This document shows, piece by piece, positions 38,631 through 48,899 of a stretch of DNA of 64,000 nucleotides (its first letter is position 1; every line of letters starts with the position of its first letter). Both the position numbers and the translations under genes were made by a program. The DNA lies in NCBI GenBank assembly GCA_023819145.1, contig JAMWCW010000002.1, positions 75,231 through 139,230 on the forward strand, given 5' to 3'. This stretch comes from Candidatus Omnitrophota bacterium. Lineage in GTDB: Bacteria; Omnitrophota; Gorgyraeia; DTHP01. A model generated the notes under the pieces. That model did not search any database and was not told the origin of the DNA. It saw only the letters and a program-made list of their open reading frames with translations.

Positions 38631-39595
38631 CCTCTACCTCCTCTTACTCCTTCCTTAGCTAAAAAACCTGCGCCAATTATTCCTGCATTTTCTTTTAACT
38701 TTGCCTGCACAACCTCTACTCTATTTGCAGGTATCCGCATTGCACGTTCTTTTATGGTGCTTTTTATATTTTCAAACAAAACTTTTCCTGCCCCTGCAAT
38801 CCCTCCACCAATAATAATCATTTCTGGGTTAAGTAGATTAACTATCCCTGCTAAAATTATCCCAATTCTCTTTCCCACATTCTGCCAGATTTCCTTAGCA
38901 AGCAAATCTCCTTTTTTCAAGGCTAAACTCAGAATCTCTGGATTAAGTTTTGAAAAATCATTCTTTATTAAATCAGGTATAATTGTAGGAAGCGGGCCTT
39001 TTTTGATTTTATTTATCGCTTCTTCCACGATATAACGATTACCTACATATCTTTCTAAACAAGCTTTTCCTCCGCAATTGCATAGTGGACCGTGCTCATT
39101 TAAAGGAAAATGCCCAATTTCTCCTGCAGAGAAAGTTGCCCCCCGATAGAGCTTTCCTTCTAAAATCAAACCTCCTCCCACTCCAGTCCCTAAAGTGATA
39201 CAAACAACATTTTTCTTTCCTTTTGCACGACCGGCGTACAATTCTGCTAAAGCCATTATATTGACATCATTATCAATAAAAACCGGAACTTTTAGACAAT
39301 CTTCTAAAATTTTTTTTAAATAAACATTGTCCCATCCAGAAATATTGACTAAATAATAAACTAAACCTCTATAGGGGTCGACCAACCCCGGAACTCCAAT
39401 GCCTATTGCCTGTGGTTTCCTTTTATATCTCTCAATAAAAGAAAAAATAGTTTCTCTAATTGCAAAGATAAGACGAGATTTTTCAAGATAGCAATGGGTA
39501 TCTAACTCGGAGCGTTTGATAATTTTAAGCTTATTATCTAAAATTCCTAATTTTACCTTTGTTGCTCCGATGTCTATTCCAATATAATATTTCAT
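38627..39595 (-). CDS. ROK-family sugar kinase (glucokinase-like)
   Basis: [19 protein letters not shown] and GEIGH...CNCG..CLE motifs. Confidence 0.92.
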   Translation of the reverse strand: MKYYIGIDIGATKVKLGILDNKLKIIKRSELDTHCYLEKSRLIFAIRETIFSFIERYKRKPQAIGIGVPGLVDPYRGLVYYLVNISGWDNVYLKKILEDCLKVPVFIDNDVNIMALAELYAGRAKGKKNVVCITLGTGVGGGLILEGKLYRGATFSAGEIGHFPLNEHGPLCNCGGKACLERYVGNRYIVEEAINKIKKGPLPTIIPDLIKNDFSKLNPEILSLALKKGDLLAKEIWQNVGKRIGIILAGIVNLLNPEMIIIGGGIAGAGKVLFENIKSTIKERAMRIPANRVEVVQAKLKENAGIIGAGFLAKEGVRGGRG

Positions 39596-39648
39596 CTTAA
39601 GAATGAGGAAGTTGAAATTTTAAGAGCAATAAGTATAAATACCTTTGC

Positions 39649-40971
39649 CTATTTAATCTCGTCATAGAATATAACACAATTACGTCCGTGGTTCTTAGCA
39701 AAGTATAAAGCCTTATCCGCGTTAGCAACCAATTGTATTACCGATTCGCCATCTTTTGGGAAAACCGTCCCTCCTATACTGACAGTAACATTAAACTTTT
39801 CTCCATAGGCTTTGAAGGGATATTTCCCTACTGCCTCACGAATCCTCTCGGCAACTATCTTTGCTTCTTCCTCAGCCGTATTGAGCAAAAGCACTGTTAA
39901 CTCTTCTCCTCCATATCTACCAATAAGGTCAATCTCTCTCAAATTTGTCCTCAATATCCGTGCTATCTCTCGCAACACGTAATCACCGGTAAGATGGCCG
40001 TATTGGTCATTGCAATTTTTGAAATGGTCAATGTCAATCATAAGAAAACTAAGAAACATCTTATGTTTTTTAGCTCTCCCCAGTTCTTCTTCAAAAGATT
40101 TAATTATCTCTCTACGCACATAGAGCCCCGTAAGACTATCCGTCGTTGCCATCTTTTCTATCTCTTCGTAAAGAATAACCTTTCTTAATTCCAGAGATAT
40201 TTGCGTGGAGAAGATGGTAAATTTGGAAAAATCTTCCTTTTTTAGACCTTCTAAAAGCAAAAAACCAATTACGGTATTTCCCGAATGCAAAGCAGAAACG
40301 GCAAAAGGAACATCTACTTCTATACCGAAACGCCGTTTAACATCATCGTCATCCTTATCCAGATAAAAAGAGCCTCTTTCACGGTAGATTCTTTCCAGAA
40401 CTTTATAGTGTTCCCTACGAGAAAGATAACTTTCCTTTAAATCATCCGTAAAAAGTGAGGAAATTTCATATATCTTATCTATCTCCAACGCACTAAAATT
40501 ATGGCGTAATATAACCAGAAAACCTTTCTCAAAAGAAAAATTTTTTCGCAAAGTCTTCTGAAGGAATCTAAATATGTCTTCAAAAGAAAGAACTCCGGAC
40601 ATCTCCTTGGTTATTTCATATAAATCTAACATCGTAAAATTGTCTTTTTCTAAATTCCTAATTGTAACTTCGACATCTTCAATTCTTTTCTCCATATCCT
40701 TACAAACAACTTCTAAATGGAGAAATTCTTTCTCCGCTTCTTCCGAAAAATTAAGAGACATTTTCTCAAATCTGTTTACCAAGACGGGAAAGGTAAATAA
40801 TACAAGAGAGAGGCTTAAAAAATACGTACCCCCCTCTACCTTTCTATTGGGCATAAATTCTAAAAATAAAATGACTAGACAAAATATGGCAGTGATAAGA
40901 AAAATCTTCTTGCCCCGCACAATAAAATTCAACAAGAAAAGAATGGGAATTAAAAATATGCCGTAGCTCAT
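39649..40971 (-). CDS. Membrane-anchored sensor diguanylate cyclase (GGEEL, RxxD I-site present)
   Basis: N-terminal TMs, coiled coil, GAF-like region; DSLTGL, DIDHFK and REIDLIGRYGGEEL. Confidence 0.9.
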   Translation of the reverse strand: MSYGIFLIPILFLLNFIVRGKKIFLITAIFCLVILFLEFMPNRKVEGGTYFLSLSLVLFTFPVLVNRFEKMSLNFSEEAEKEFLHLEVVCKDMEKRIEDVEVTIRNLEKDNFTMLDLYEITKEMSGVLSFEDIFRFLQKTLRKNFSFEKGFLVILRHNFSALEIDKIYEISSLFTDDLKESYLSRREHYKVLERIYRERGSFYLDKDDDDVKRRFGIEVDVPFAVSALHSGNTVIGFLLLEGLKKEDFSKFTIFSTQISLELRKVILYEEIEKMATTDSLTGLYVRREIIKSFEEELGRAKKHKMFLSFLMIDIDHFKNCNDQYGHLTGDYVLREIARILRTNLREIDLIGRYGGEELTVLLLNTAEEEAKIVAERIREAVGKYPFKAYGEKFNVTVSIGGTVFPKDGESVIQLVANADKALYFAKNHGRNCVIFYDEIK

Positions 40972-42401
40972 TTTATCCCTCGGTAAGCAATACGATTTCT
41001 TCCTTGTGCTTTAGCAGAATATAAACACTCGTCTGCTTTATGTATAATTTCCTCTTTGGTTTTACCATCATAGGGATAAATTGCTATTCCTATAGAAATA
41101 GTTACATGCGTTGCTTCCCGACGCAGGTAAAAAATCTCTCTGTCCACTCTTTCCCTTATTTCTTCGGCAAATCTGATTGCTCTTTCTTTTCCTGAATCTC
41201 CCAAAACCACCAAAAATTCCTCTCCACCATAACGCACTGCAAAATCATTCTGGGTAATATTAGAACTAAGTATCCTTGCTATCTTCTTAAGCATAATATC
41301 TCCCGCAATATGCCCATAACGGTCATTGTAATCTTTAAAATAATCAAGGTCCAGTATTAAAACAGAAAATTCTTTTGATTTAACCATTAATTCTTCTAAA
41401 CGGCTATAAAGATATCGGGGTAAAAAGAGATTAGTTAAACCGTCGCGTTTAGCTAACTCCTCTGTCTTCTGATAAAGATAGGCATTCTCTACTCCTACCG
41501 ACACCAAATCAGAAAAAATATCCAACATTCTTAAGTCGTCAGGAGTAAAACTGGCTGGCAAAGAAGATTCTAAACGCACCACCCCCAATAATCTATCTTC
41601 AGAACTTAAAGGGCAGGCAAGCAGAGCACGAAAATCTCTTTTAGTTTCTTCTACCGCGGAAGAAAAACGAAAATCCTTTTGGACATCGTTAACTATTAAA
41701 TTGCCTTTCTCTCTAAGTAGCCAACGGTCAAATATATCAAGCTGTAATTCTCTATCCTGAGGGCCGTAATCGGTTTTTAAGAAAAAGGAGACAACCTTGG
41801 GATTCTCTATCTCTATGCCCTCTTCTTCTACTAAATATATCAGAACATTTTCTGCTTTAGGGATTATTTCGCCAATTCTTGCACCTGCCGATTGGATTAT
41901 CTTGACCAGATCTAAAGTCGTGCTAAATTCATCTGCCATGAGTTTCAAACGGTAAAATCTCTCAAATCTCTTTGTGAGTGCTGATTTAACTTTGTTTTTA
42001 TCCTCGATATCAGCGGATAAAAGAGCAATTCTATTTCTTAAATTATTAATTTTTCCCTTATAAATTTTAATATGGGAAACAAACCCCACGCGTTTGATAC
42101 CGGATAAAACTCCGGCACTAAAAGCTATCCCGATTAAAGGGAGAATGTAATTTGTTTGATAATACTGGAGAAACCTCTGGCTGAAAAGAATAATTACTAA
42201 AAAATAAAAAAAACCAAAAATATTCCCAAAGGTAAAGACGGTAAAGGAAATCAATGGTGCAAACAAAATAAATAAAGCCATCACTTTATCTTCTAATCCA
42301 GGACCTTGAATCCAAAGTTCTCGTTCTATGAGAAAAAAAATAAGAAAAGAAGAAAATAGAACGATAAAGCCGTTTAGCAACCTTGACCATTTTAATGCCA
42401 T
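40968..42401 (-). CDS. Membrane-anchored GAF-GGDEF diguanylate cyclase (GGEEF, no RxxD)
   Basis: TMs and GAF; DGLTNL, DLDYFK.YND.YGH and RYGGEEF. Confidence 0.9.
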   Translation of the reverse strand: MALKWSRLLNGFIVLFSSFLIFFLIERELWIQGPGLEDKVMALFILFAPLISFTVFTFGNIFGFFYFLVIILFSQRFLQYYQTNYILPLIGIAFSAGVLSGIKRVGFVSHIKIYKGKINNLRNRIALLSADIEDKNKVKSALTKRFERFYRLKLMADEFSTTLDLVKIIQSAGARIGEIIPKAENVLIYLVEEEGIEIENPKVVSFFLKTDYGPQDRELQLDIFDRWLLREKGNLIVNDVQKDFRFSSAVEETKRDFRALLACPLSSEDRLLGVVRLESSLPASFTPDDLRMLDIFSDLVSVGVENAYLYQKTEELAKRDGLTNLFLPRYLYSRLEELMVKSKEFSVLILDLDYFKDYNDRYGHIAGDIMLKKIARILSSNITQNDFAVRYGGEEFLVVLGDSGKERAIRFAEEIRERVDREIFYLRREATHVTISIGIAIYPYDGKTKEEIIHKADECLYSAKAQGRNRIAYRGIK

Positions 42402-42407
42402 TATAAT

Positions 42408-43514
42408 TTAAACCAATGCTTTCTCGGTATCTTTATCAAAGAAATGGACCTTATTCATGTCTAAAACTACTTCTATCTTCTGATTTACTTGAGGGGGTTG
42501 AGTTATTCCTCCTATCCGGGCAATAAGTATATTTCTACCTGTATTAAGGTAGAGATAAATTTCTGAACCCATTGGTTCTACAATGTCCACCAAGACATTT
42601 ATTGTATTCTCGGGAGTAGAATGGGTGGTAAAAAATTTATCGTAGATGTCCTCTGCCCTTATCCCCAAAATAATCTCTTTACCCACATAGTTCTTTAAAG
42701 CTTCAATCATATGTTCAAGAATCCTCACCTTAAATCCACCTTCATCAAAAAAGTATTTGCCATTATGCTCCACTAATCTTCCTTGAATAAAATTCATCGG
42801 AGGAGTTCCAATAAAGGAGGCAACAAATTTATTCACGGGATGACTATACAAGGTCAATGGATCGGCTACCTGCTGGATAATTCCATCCTTCATGACCACA
42901 ATGCGTGAACCAAGAGTCATTGCTTCCACCTGGTCATGGGTAACATAAATCATTGTTGTTTGTAGGCGATTATGCAGTTTGTTCAATTCAGCACGCATCT
43001 GAACTCTCAACTTAGCATCGAGATTACTAAGCGGTTCATCAAACAAAAAGACTAAAGGCTTACGCACAATTGCTCTTCCTACCGCCCCGCGTTGTTTCTC
43101 TCCGCCAGAGAGCTCTTTGGGTTTTCTGCCGAGGAGTTGGTGTATTCCTAAAATCTTCGCTGCCTCCATTACCCGTTCCTTTATCTGGGATTTCGCATAA
43201 CCTCTTAATCTTAAACCGAAAGCCATGTTATCGTAAACACTCATATGAGGATAAAGAGCATAGTTTTGAAAAACCATGGCAATATTTCTATCCTTAGGAG
43301 GAACATCATTAACCAACTTATCTCCAATATAAATCTCGCCCGAGGTAACTTCTTCTAACCCTGCAATCATTCTCAAAGTGGTAGATTTCCCACAACCGGA
43401 AGGCCCAACAATCACAATGAATTCTTTACTCTCCACACCTAAATTGAAATCTTTTACTGCATTTACTCCACCGGGAAAAATTTTATGCACATGTCTTAAA
43501 CTTACCTGCGCCAT
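42408..43514 (-). CDS. Carbohydrate ABC transporter ATP-binding protein (UgpC/MalK/MsmX family)
   Basis: GPSGCGKST, VFQNYALYPHM, LSGG and DEPLSNLDAKLR motifs; C-terminal TOBE domain. Confidence 0.93.
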   Translation of the reverse strand: MAQVSLRHVHKIFPGGVNAVKDFNLGVESKEFIVIVGPSGCGKSTTLRMIAGLEEVTSGEIYIGDKLVNDVPPKDRNIAMVFQNYALYPHMSVYDNMAFGLRLRGYAKSQIKERVMEAAKILGIHQLLGRKPKELSGGEKQRGAVGRAIVRKPLVFLFDEPLSNLDAKLRVQMRAELNKLHNRLQTTMIYVTHDQVEAMTLGSRIVVMKDGIIQQVADPLTLYSHPVNKFVASFIGTPPMNFIQGRLVEHNGKYFFDEGGFKVRILEHMIEALKNYVGKEIILGIRAEDIYDKFFTTHSTPENTINVLVDIVEPMGSEIYLYLNTGRNILIARIGGITQPPQVNQKIEVVLDMNKVHFFDKDTEKALV

Positions 43515-43571
43515 ATCCCTCCTTCGCTGATAATCTTTTAACTAAAAAACTATCTAAATTATTTGCTACCT

Positions 43572-44414
43572 TTAGCCAAAATAATCAATGAGATTTATTA
43601 AAGTTTGTTTCAAGTCACGACGATGCACAATCATATCAATTAGTCCGTGTTCCAGAAGAAATTCTGAGCGTTGAAATCCAGGAGGCAATACTTGATGAAT
43701 TGTTTGTTCAATAACCCGCGGACCAGTGAAGCCAATGAGAGCTCGTGGTTCAGCAATCAATACATCACCTAAACTGGCAAAAGAAGCAAGCACCCCTGCC
43801 ATCGTAGGATTGGTCAAAATAGAGATAAAACATAGTCCTGCACGGTGAAAATGAGAAAGCGCCGCAGAGGTTTTAGCCATTTGCATCAGCGAAATCATCC
43901 CTTCCTGCATCCTTGCACCACCGCCTGAACCGGAAACTATAATCAAAGGGCATTTTTTTTTCAACGCATGCTCTATACTACGGGTAATTTTCTCTCCTAC
44001 CACCGACCCCATCGAACCCATCATAAACCGAGAATCGGTAACCGCCATTACCGTCCTTCTACCCTCTATGGTTCCTTCTCCACTAACTACCGCATCTTTT
44101 AGACCTGTAGCCTTTTGGTCCTTTAATAATTTCTCACTATAACTAACGGGACCTTTAAATTCCAAAGCATCAACCGAAGAAAGCGCACCATCCAATTCTT
44201 TAAAACTATCTTTATCTAAAAGAAGATTGATGCGTTCAGGTGCAGTGAGCACAAAATGATAATTGCATTTAGGACAAACCTTGAAATTTTCCTCCAACGT
44301 CTTATTATAAATAATCTCTCCGCAATCTTCGCACTTTGTCCAGAGCCCCTCAGGAATCTCTTTACGTTTAGCAACTTTAACCAGAGTATATTTTGGTCTT
44401 CTAAATATCGCCAT
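43572..44414 (-). CDS. accD: Acetyl-CoA carboxylase carboxyltransferase beta subunit
   Basis: LWTKC..C zinc finger; GSMGSVVGEK, GGARMQEG and FQRSEFLLEHG motifs. Confidence 0.96.
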   Translation of the reverse strand: MAIFRRPKYTLVKVAKRKEIPEGLWTKCEDCGEIIYNKTLEENFKVCPKCNYHFVLTAPERINLLLDKDSFKELDGALSSVDALEFKGPVSYSEKLLKDQKATGLKDAVVSGEGTIEGRRTVMAVTDSRFMMGSMGSVVGEKITRSIEHALKKKCPLIIVSGSGGGARMQEGMISLMQMAKTSAALSHFHRAGLCFISILTNPTMAGVLASFASLGDVLIAEPRALIGFTGPRVIEQTIHQVLPPGFQRSEFLLEHGLIDMIVHRRDLKQTLINLIDYFG

Positions 44415-44459
44415 GGTTCAAAGTTTAAAATACAAAAATCAGAATTTTAATTATTCTAT

Positions 44460-44533
44460 TGCCCCAAGGAGGATTCGAACCTCCGACACGAGGTTTAGGA
44501 AACCTCTGCTCTATCCATCTGAGCTACTGGGGC
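44460..44533 (-). tRNA. tRNA-Arg (anticodon CCT); CCA not encoded
   Basis: GCCCCAG TAGCTCAGATGGATAGAGCA GAGGT-TTCCTAA-ACCTC GTGTC GGAGG-TTCGAAT-CCTCC TTGGGGC A folds into a cloverleaf. Confidence 0.95.
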
Positions 44534-44557
44534 GGAAATAAATTGTTAAATTGCTTT

Positions 44558-45079
44558 TTAATATTTTATCAAAGAGAAAACTGGGTATTTCTTTAGTTTT
44601 TCACGGCCATTGAGTGCAGTAAGCTCAATGAGGAAAGCACATTCCACAATATTCCCATTAAGTTTTTTCATCAATTCCGTGACTGCCTTTACTGTCCCTC
44701 CAGTAGCCAAAAGGTCATCAACAATGAGCACACGCTGTCCCTTCTTTACAGCATCCTTATGTGCACACAGAGTATCCTCACCATACTCTAAAGAATAAGA
44801 AACCTCCACAGTTTTAGCAGGAAGTTTCCCTCTTTTCCTTATAGGAACAAACCCCGCCCCTAATTTATAAGCCAATACCGAACCAAAGATAAACCCTCTT
44901 GCCTCTACCGCTACCACCAATTCTATGTTCTTATTTCTGTAACGCCGATAAAAGATATCGATGACTTTTTTAAAAATAGAGGGTTCTTTTAAAAGCGTAG
45001 TTATATCACGAAAAATAATTCCTTTTTTAGGAAAGTTGGCAATATTACGAATATATTTTTTAAGATTATCTCCTCCCAT
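44558..45079 (-). CDS. apt: Adenine phosphoribosyltransferase
   Basis: FPK.GI.FRDIT, EARGF, RKRGKLP, LEYG and [10 protein letters not shown] motifs. Confidence 0.96.
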   Translation of the reverse strand: MGGDNLKKYIRNIANFPKKGIIFRDITTLLKEPSIFKKVIDIFYRRYRNKNIELVVAVEARGFIFGSVLAYKLGAGFVPIRKRGKLPAKTVEVSYSLEYGEDTLCAHKDAVKKGQRVLIVDDLLATGGTVKAVTELMKKLNGNIVECAFLIELTALNGREKLKKYPVFSLIKY

Positions 45080-46007
45080 AAACCCTTTTATTTTTATTTT
45101 TATTTTTATTTTTAACTATCTTTAATCCTTTTTCTCTACGTCTACATAGTTCTTTTTTCTCTTCTTCTCTAAGTCTTTTTTCTACATAAGAGATTTTCTT
45201 TATTTGTTCCGAAGTTAGTAGTTTGTGTAACTTTTTGAGCGCATTCTCTTCAATCTGTCTCACCCTTTCCCTGCTTATAGAGAATTTCTTCGCCACCTCA
45301 CTTAAAGAATGTGTTACTCCTCCTATAAAACCAAAACGCATGCTCAAAATTTCCCTTTCTCTGTCAGGCATCATACCCAATAGCTCAGTTATTTTCTCGT
45401 GATGGAATAAACTTACTAGTTCATCTATGGCATTCTTTGAAGTAAGATCTTCCAGAAGGTCAACAAATTCTGTAGAGCTTTCTTCAGGTAAGACCATGCG
45501 ATCGAGCGAACTTGAACGAACGGAAAGTTCCGTTATCTCTTTTACTTTCTGCACCGAGATTCCCATCTCTTTAGCAATTTCCTTATCCGTAGGCTTGCGC
45601 CCAAATTTGTGAGAAAGTTTCTCATTAATCTTTCGCAACTTACTAATCATCTCGTTCATGTAGACAGGAAGTCTCACTACTCTTGCCTGATTAGCTATCG
45701 CTCTTGTTATATACTGTCTTATCCACCAAGCAGCATAGGTAGAAAAACGGTATCCCTTATTGGGATTAAACTTTGCCACCGCACGCATCAACCCAATGTT
45801 ACCCTCTTCGATCAAATCAGTCAAAGGCAGTCCCAAATAGCTGTATTTCTTTGCCATATTTATCACCAGAGGTAAGTTAGCATGAATAAGCCTATCACGT
45901 GCAATTCTATCTCCACGTTTTGCACGTCGGGCAATTTTAAACTCTTCCTCCGCACTCAAGCGTTCTACATTCTTTATATCCCTTAAATAAGCTTTAATCG
46001 GCTCCAT
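45066..46007 (-). CDS. Sigma-70 family RNA polymerase sigma factor lacking region 1.1 (group 2/RpoS-like)
   Basis: [28 protein letters not shown] and SRERVRQIE motifs. Confidence 0.9.
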   Translation of the reverse strand: MEPIKAYLRDIKNVERLSAEEEFKIARRAKRGDRIARDRLIHANLPLVINMAKKYSYLGLPLTDLIEEGNIGLMRAVAKFNPNKGYRFSTYAAWWIRQYITRAIANQARVVRLPVYMNEMISKLRKINEKLSHKFGRKPTDKEIAKEMGISVQKVKEITELSVRSSSLDRMVLPEESSTEFVDLLEDLTSKNAIDELVSLFHHEKITELLGMMPDREREILSMRFGFIGGVTHSLSEVAKKFSISRERVRQIEENALKKLHKLLTSEQIKKISYVEKRLREEEKKELCRRREKGLKIVKNKNKNKNKRVYGRR

Positions 46008-46018
46008 ATCTTACCTTA

Positions 46019-48760
46019 CTACTTATTTCTCGCATCCTCAAGAACCGCCTGTGCTGCAGCCAACTTAGCAATAGGAACCCGAAAAGGAGAACAACTCACA
46101 TAATCCATGCCTACCCGATGACAGAATTTAACCGATTGTGGCTCACCTCCATGCTCGCCACAAATCCCGACTTTTAAGTTAGGTCTGACTCTTCTGCCAC
46201 GTTCAATTCCTGTCCTAATAAGTTCACCTATACCCTCTTCATCAATGGTCTGGAAAGGGTCATTGTTGAGTATACCCTTTTCCAGATAATCAGGCAAAAA
46301 AGCTCCGATGTCATCACGAGAGAACCCAAACCCCATTTGGGTAAGGTCGTTAGTTCCAAAAGAGAAAAATTCTGCTACTTCAGCAATCCTGTGAGCAAGG
46401 AGACTGGCACGGGGAATTTCAATCATCGTTCCTACCAAATAGTCAATCTTTTTGACATTAAATTTGGTAATGACTTCTTTGTAAACTCGTTTCACAATCT
46501 CAAATTGATGAACAAATTCTTTCATATCTGAAACTACGGGTATCATAATCTCAGGATAAGTTCTTTTACCTTCTTTTATCAATTCACAAGAGGCTTCAAA
46601 AATTGCCCTTATCTGTGTCTCGCTAATCTCGGGATAGGTTATGCCCAAACGCACCCCCCGATGCCCCATCATCGGATTTGACTCTTTTAGACCATCCGCT
46701 CTCTTCTCTAATTCTTCAAATGAGATGTTTAAACTTTTGGCTAAATTCTCCAATTGTTCTCTCTGATGAGGAACGAATTCGTGAAGAGGCGGATCAATAA
46801 GTCTGATGGTTACCGGAAGTCCTTCCATCGCAAGAAGGGTATTTTTTATATCTTCCTTCATATAAGGAAACAGTTCTTGCAAAGCAGAACGCCGTTCTTC
46901 TTCTGTACGGGAAATTATCATCTTTCTTAAAATAAAGAGTGGAATTTCTGAACCTTTTCCATAAAACATATGTTCGGTGCGGAAAAGCCCAATCCCCTCT
47001 GCCCCAAAAGAACGAGCGCGCTTAGCATCTTCAGGGGTATCTGCATTGGTACGGATTTTTAATCTCCTCACCTTATCACAGATTTTAAGAAAACTGTTAA
47101 GAAGTTCGTTCTCACTAGAGGCGTCAATCATCGCAAGCTTTCCTTCGTAAACGTATCCTTTTGTTCCGTTAAGGGTAATCCAATCACCTTCTTTAATCGT
47201 TTTACCATCCACGTTAAATTCTTTCTTTTCATAGTCTATCTCTATCTCTCCGCATCCTACAATACAACATTTTCCCCAACCGCGGGCAACCAGAGCAGCG
47301 TGAGAAGTCATTCCTCCGCGAGCAGTGAGAATTGCCTCCGCAGCACGCATTCCCTCTACGTCTTCGGGATTGGTTTCTTCTCTAACAAGAATAACCTTCT
47401 TCCCTTCCTTTACCCAATTTACTGCCTCCTGAGCGGAAAAAACCACCTGTCCCATTGCTCCTCCGGGACCAGCAGGAAGTCCTTTAGCCAAAGGCTTGCG
47501 TTTTGCTTCTTCTTTGGGGTCAATTATAGGGTGAAGTAATTCATCCAACTGCTGGGGTGTAACCCGATAAACTGCCATTTCTTTAGTAATCAATCTTTCT
47601 TTATACATATCGACTGCCATTTTTACCGCCGCTAATCCATTACGCTTACCCACACGACACTGAAGGATAAAAAGCCTTCCTTTTTCGATTGTAAATTCAA
47701 TATCCTGCATATCCCGATAATGTTTCTCCAACCTTTTCTGAATCTGAAAAAGTTGTTGGTAAAGTTTAGGCATCGCTTCTTCTAGGGTCTTTAAATGACG
47801 ATTATACTCACTCCGTGAATATTCATTTAGGGGAGCGGGGGTACGTATGCCCGCGACCACATCTTCTCCTTGGGCATTAATGAGATATTCTCCGTAGAAT
47901 TGGTTCTCACCATTGCCGGGATTACGGGTAAAAGCTACACCCGTAGCAGAAGTATCATCTAAATTTCCAAAAACCATAGTTTGAACATTTACAGCAGTAC
48001 CCCAATCATCAGGAATATGTTCGATTTTACGATAAGCTACGGCTCGCTTTCCATTCCAAGAAGCAAAAACTGCACCTATTGCCTGCCAGAGTTGAACATT
48101 GGGATCATCAGGAAAATCTTTTTTAAGGACTTCCTTTATTTTTGCCTTGAAAAGAGAACATAACTTTTTCAAGTCTTCAGCATCTAAGTCGGTATCGGAG
48201 CTAATTCCTTTTGCTTTCTTTAAATCTTGCATAATCCTCTCTAACTGTTTGCGAATACCCAACTCTTCACTTTCGGGTTCAATACCCTGAGCCTTTTCCA
48301 TTACCACGTCTGAATACATCATAAGAAGTCGGCGATAGGCATCATAAACAAAACGTTCATTTCCTTTACTTTGTTTAATCAATCCGGGAATGGTTTTCTC
48401 GGTTAGTCCAACATTGAGCACTGTTTCCATCATACCCGGCATAGAACGTCTTGCTCCCGAACGCACAGAAACAAGTAAAGGATTTTGCGAATCTCCGAAT
48501 TTCCTACCCATAAGTTTCTCTATATTCCGCATAGCTTTATCGACCTGTTCTTTCAGCCCCTCAGGATATTTCTTTTTATGCTTATAATAATAAGTGCAGA
48601 CTTCGGTTGTAATAGTAAAACCCGGAGGAACAGGAAGTTTTAAGTCAGGATGCCCTGCCATCTCCGCGAGATTTGCTCCCTTACCTCCTAAGAGTTCTTT
48701 CATCTTCTCATTTCCATCAGCTTTACCTCCTCCAAAAAAGTAAACATATTTCTTACTCAT
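46019..48760 (-). CDS. ppdK: Pyruvate phosphate dikinase
   Basis: LGGKGANLAEM, GGMTSHAA (phospho-His), GLFRTEHMF, SFGTNDLTQ and GICGEHGG motifs. Confidence 0.97.
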   Translation of the reverse strand: MSKKYVYFFGGGKADGNEKMKELLGGKGANLAEMAGHPDLKLPVPPGFTITTEVCTYYYKHKKKYPEGLKEQVDKAMRNIEKLMGRKFGDSQNPLLVSVRSGARRSMPGMMETVLNVGLTEKTIPGLIKQSKGNERFVYDAYRRLLMMYSDVVMEKAQGIEPESEELGIRKQLERIMQDLKKAKGISSDTDLDAEDLKKLCSLFKAKIKEVLKKDFPDDPNVQLWQAIGAVFASWNGKRAVAYRKIEHIPDDWGTAVNVQTMVFGNLDDTSATGVAFTRNPGNGENQFYGEYLINAQGEDVVAGIRTPAPLNEYSRSEYNRHLKTLEEAMPKLYQQLFQIQKRLEKHYRDMQDIEFTIEKGRLFILQCRVGKRNGLAAVKMAVDMYKERLITKEMAVYRVTPQQLDELLHPIIDPKEEAKRKPLAKGLPAGPGGAMGQVVFSAQEAVNWVKEGKKVILVREETNPEDVEGMRAAEAILTARGGMTSHAALVARGWGKCCIVGCGEIEIDYEKKEFNVDGKTIKEGDWITLNGTKGYVYEGKLAMIDASSENELLNSFLKICDKVRRLKIRTNADTPEDAKRARSFGAEGIGLFRTEHMFYGKGSEIPLFILRKMIISRTEEERRSALQELFPYMKEDIKNTLLAMEGLPVTIRLIDPPLHEFVPHQREQLENLAKSLNISFEELEKRADGLKESNPMMGHRGVRLGITYPEISETQIRAIFEASCELIKEGKRTYPEIMIPVVSDMKEFVHQFEIVKRVYKEVITKFNVKKIDYLVGTMIEIPRASLLAHRIAEVAEFFSFGTNDLTQMGFGFSRDDIGAFLPDYLEKGILNNDPFQTIDEEGIGELIRTGIERGRRVRPNLKVGICGEHGGEPQSVKFCHRVGMDYVSCSPFRVPIAKLAAAQAVLEDARNK

Positions 48761-48792
48761 CGTTAGAAAACCCCTCCTTTCTAAAAATTACG

Positions 48793-48855
48793 TTAACTCT
48801 GGTGTGTTCGTTTTGTTCGTTAGGTTCGTTGTGTTTGTTAGTTTCGTCAATTCCG
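48793..48855. repeat. Degenerate 9-bp tandem array (about 7 units, TTnnnTTCG-like) between glyQS and ppdK
   Basis: gtgtgttcg ttttgttcg ttaggttcg ttgtgtttg ttagtttcg tcaattccg. Confidence 0.7.
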
Positions 48856-48899
48856 GTAAACAAAAATGCACATCACATAAAGAACTGAACAAAACAGCT

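Noticed and set aside
44460-44533. tRNA-Arg as an integration site
   Set aside because: No integrase and no duplicated tRNA 3' end noticed; flanked by core genes.
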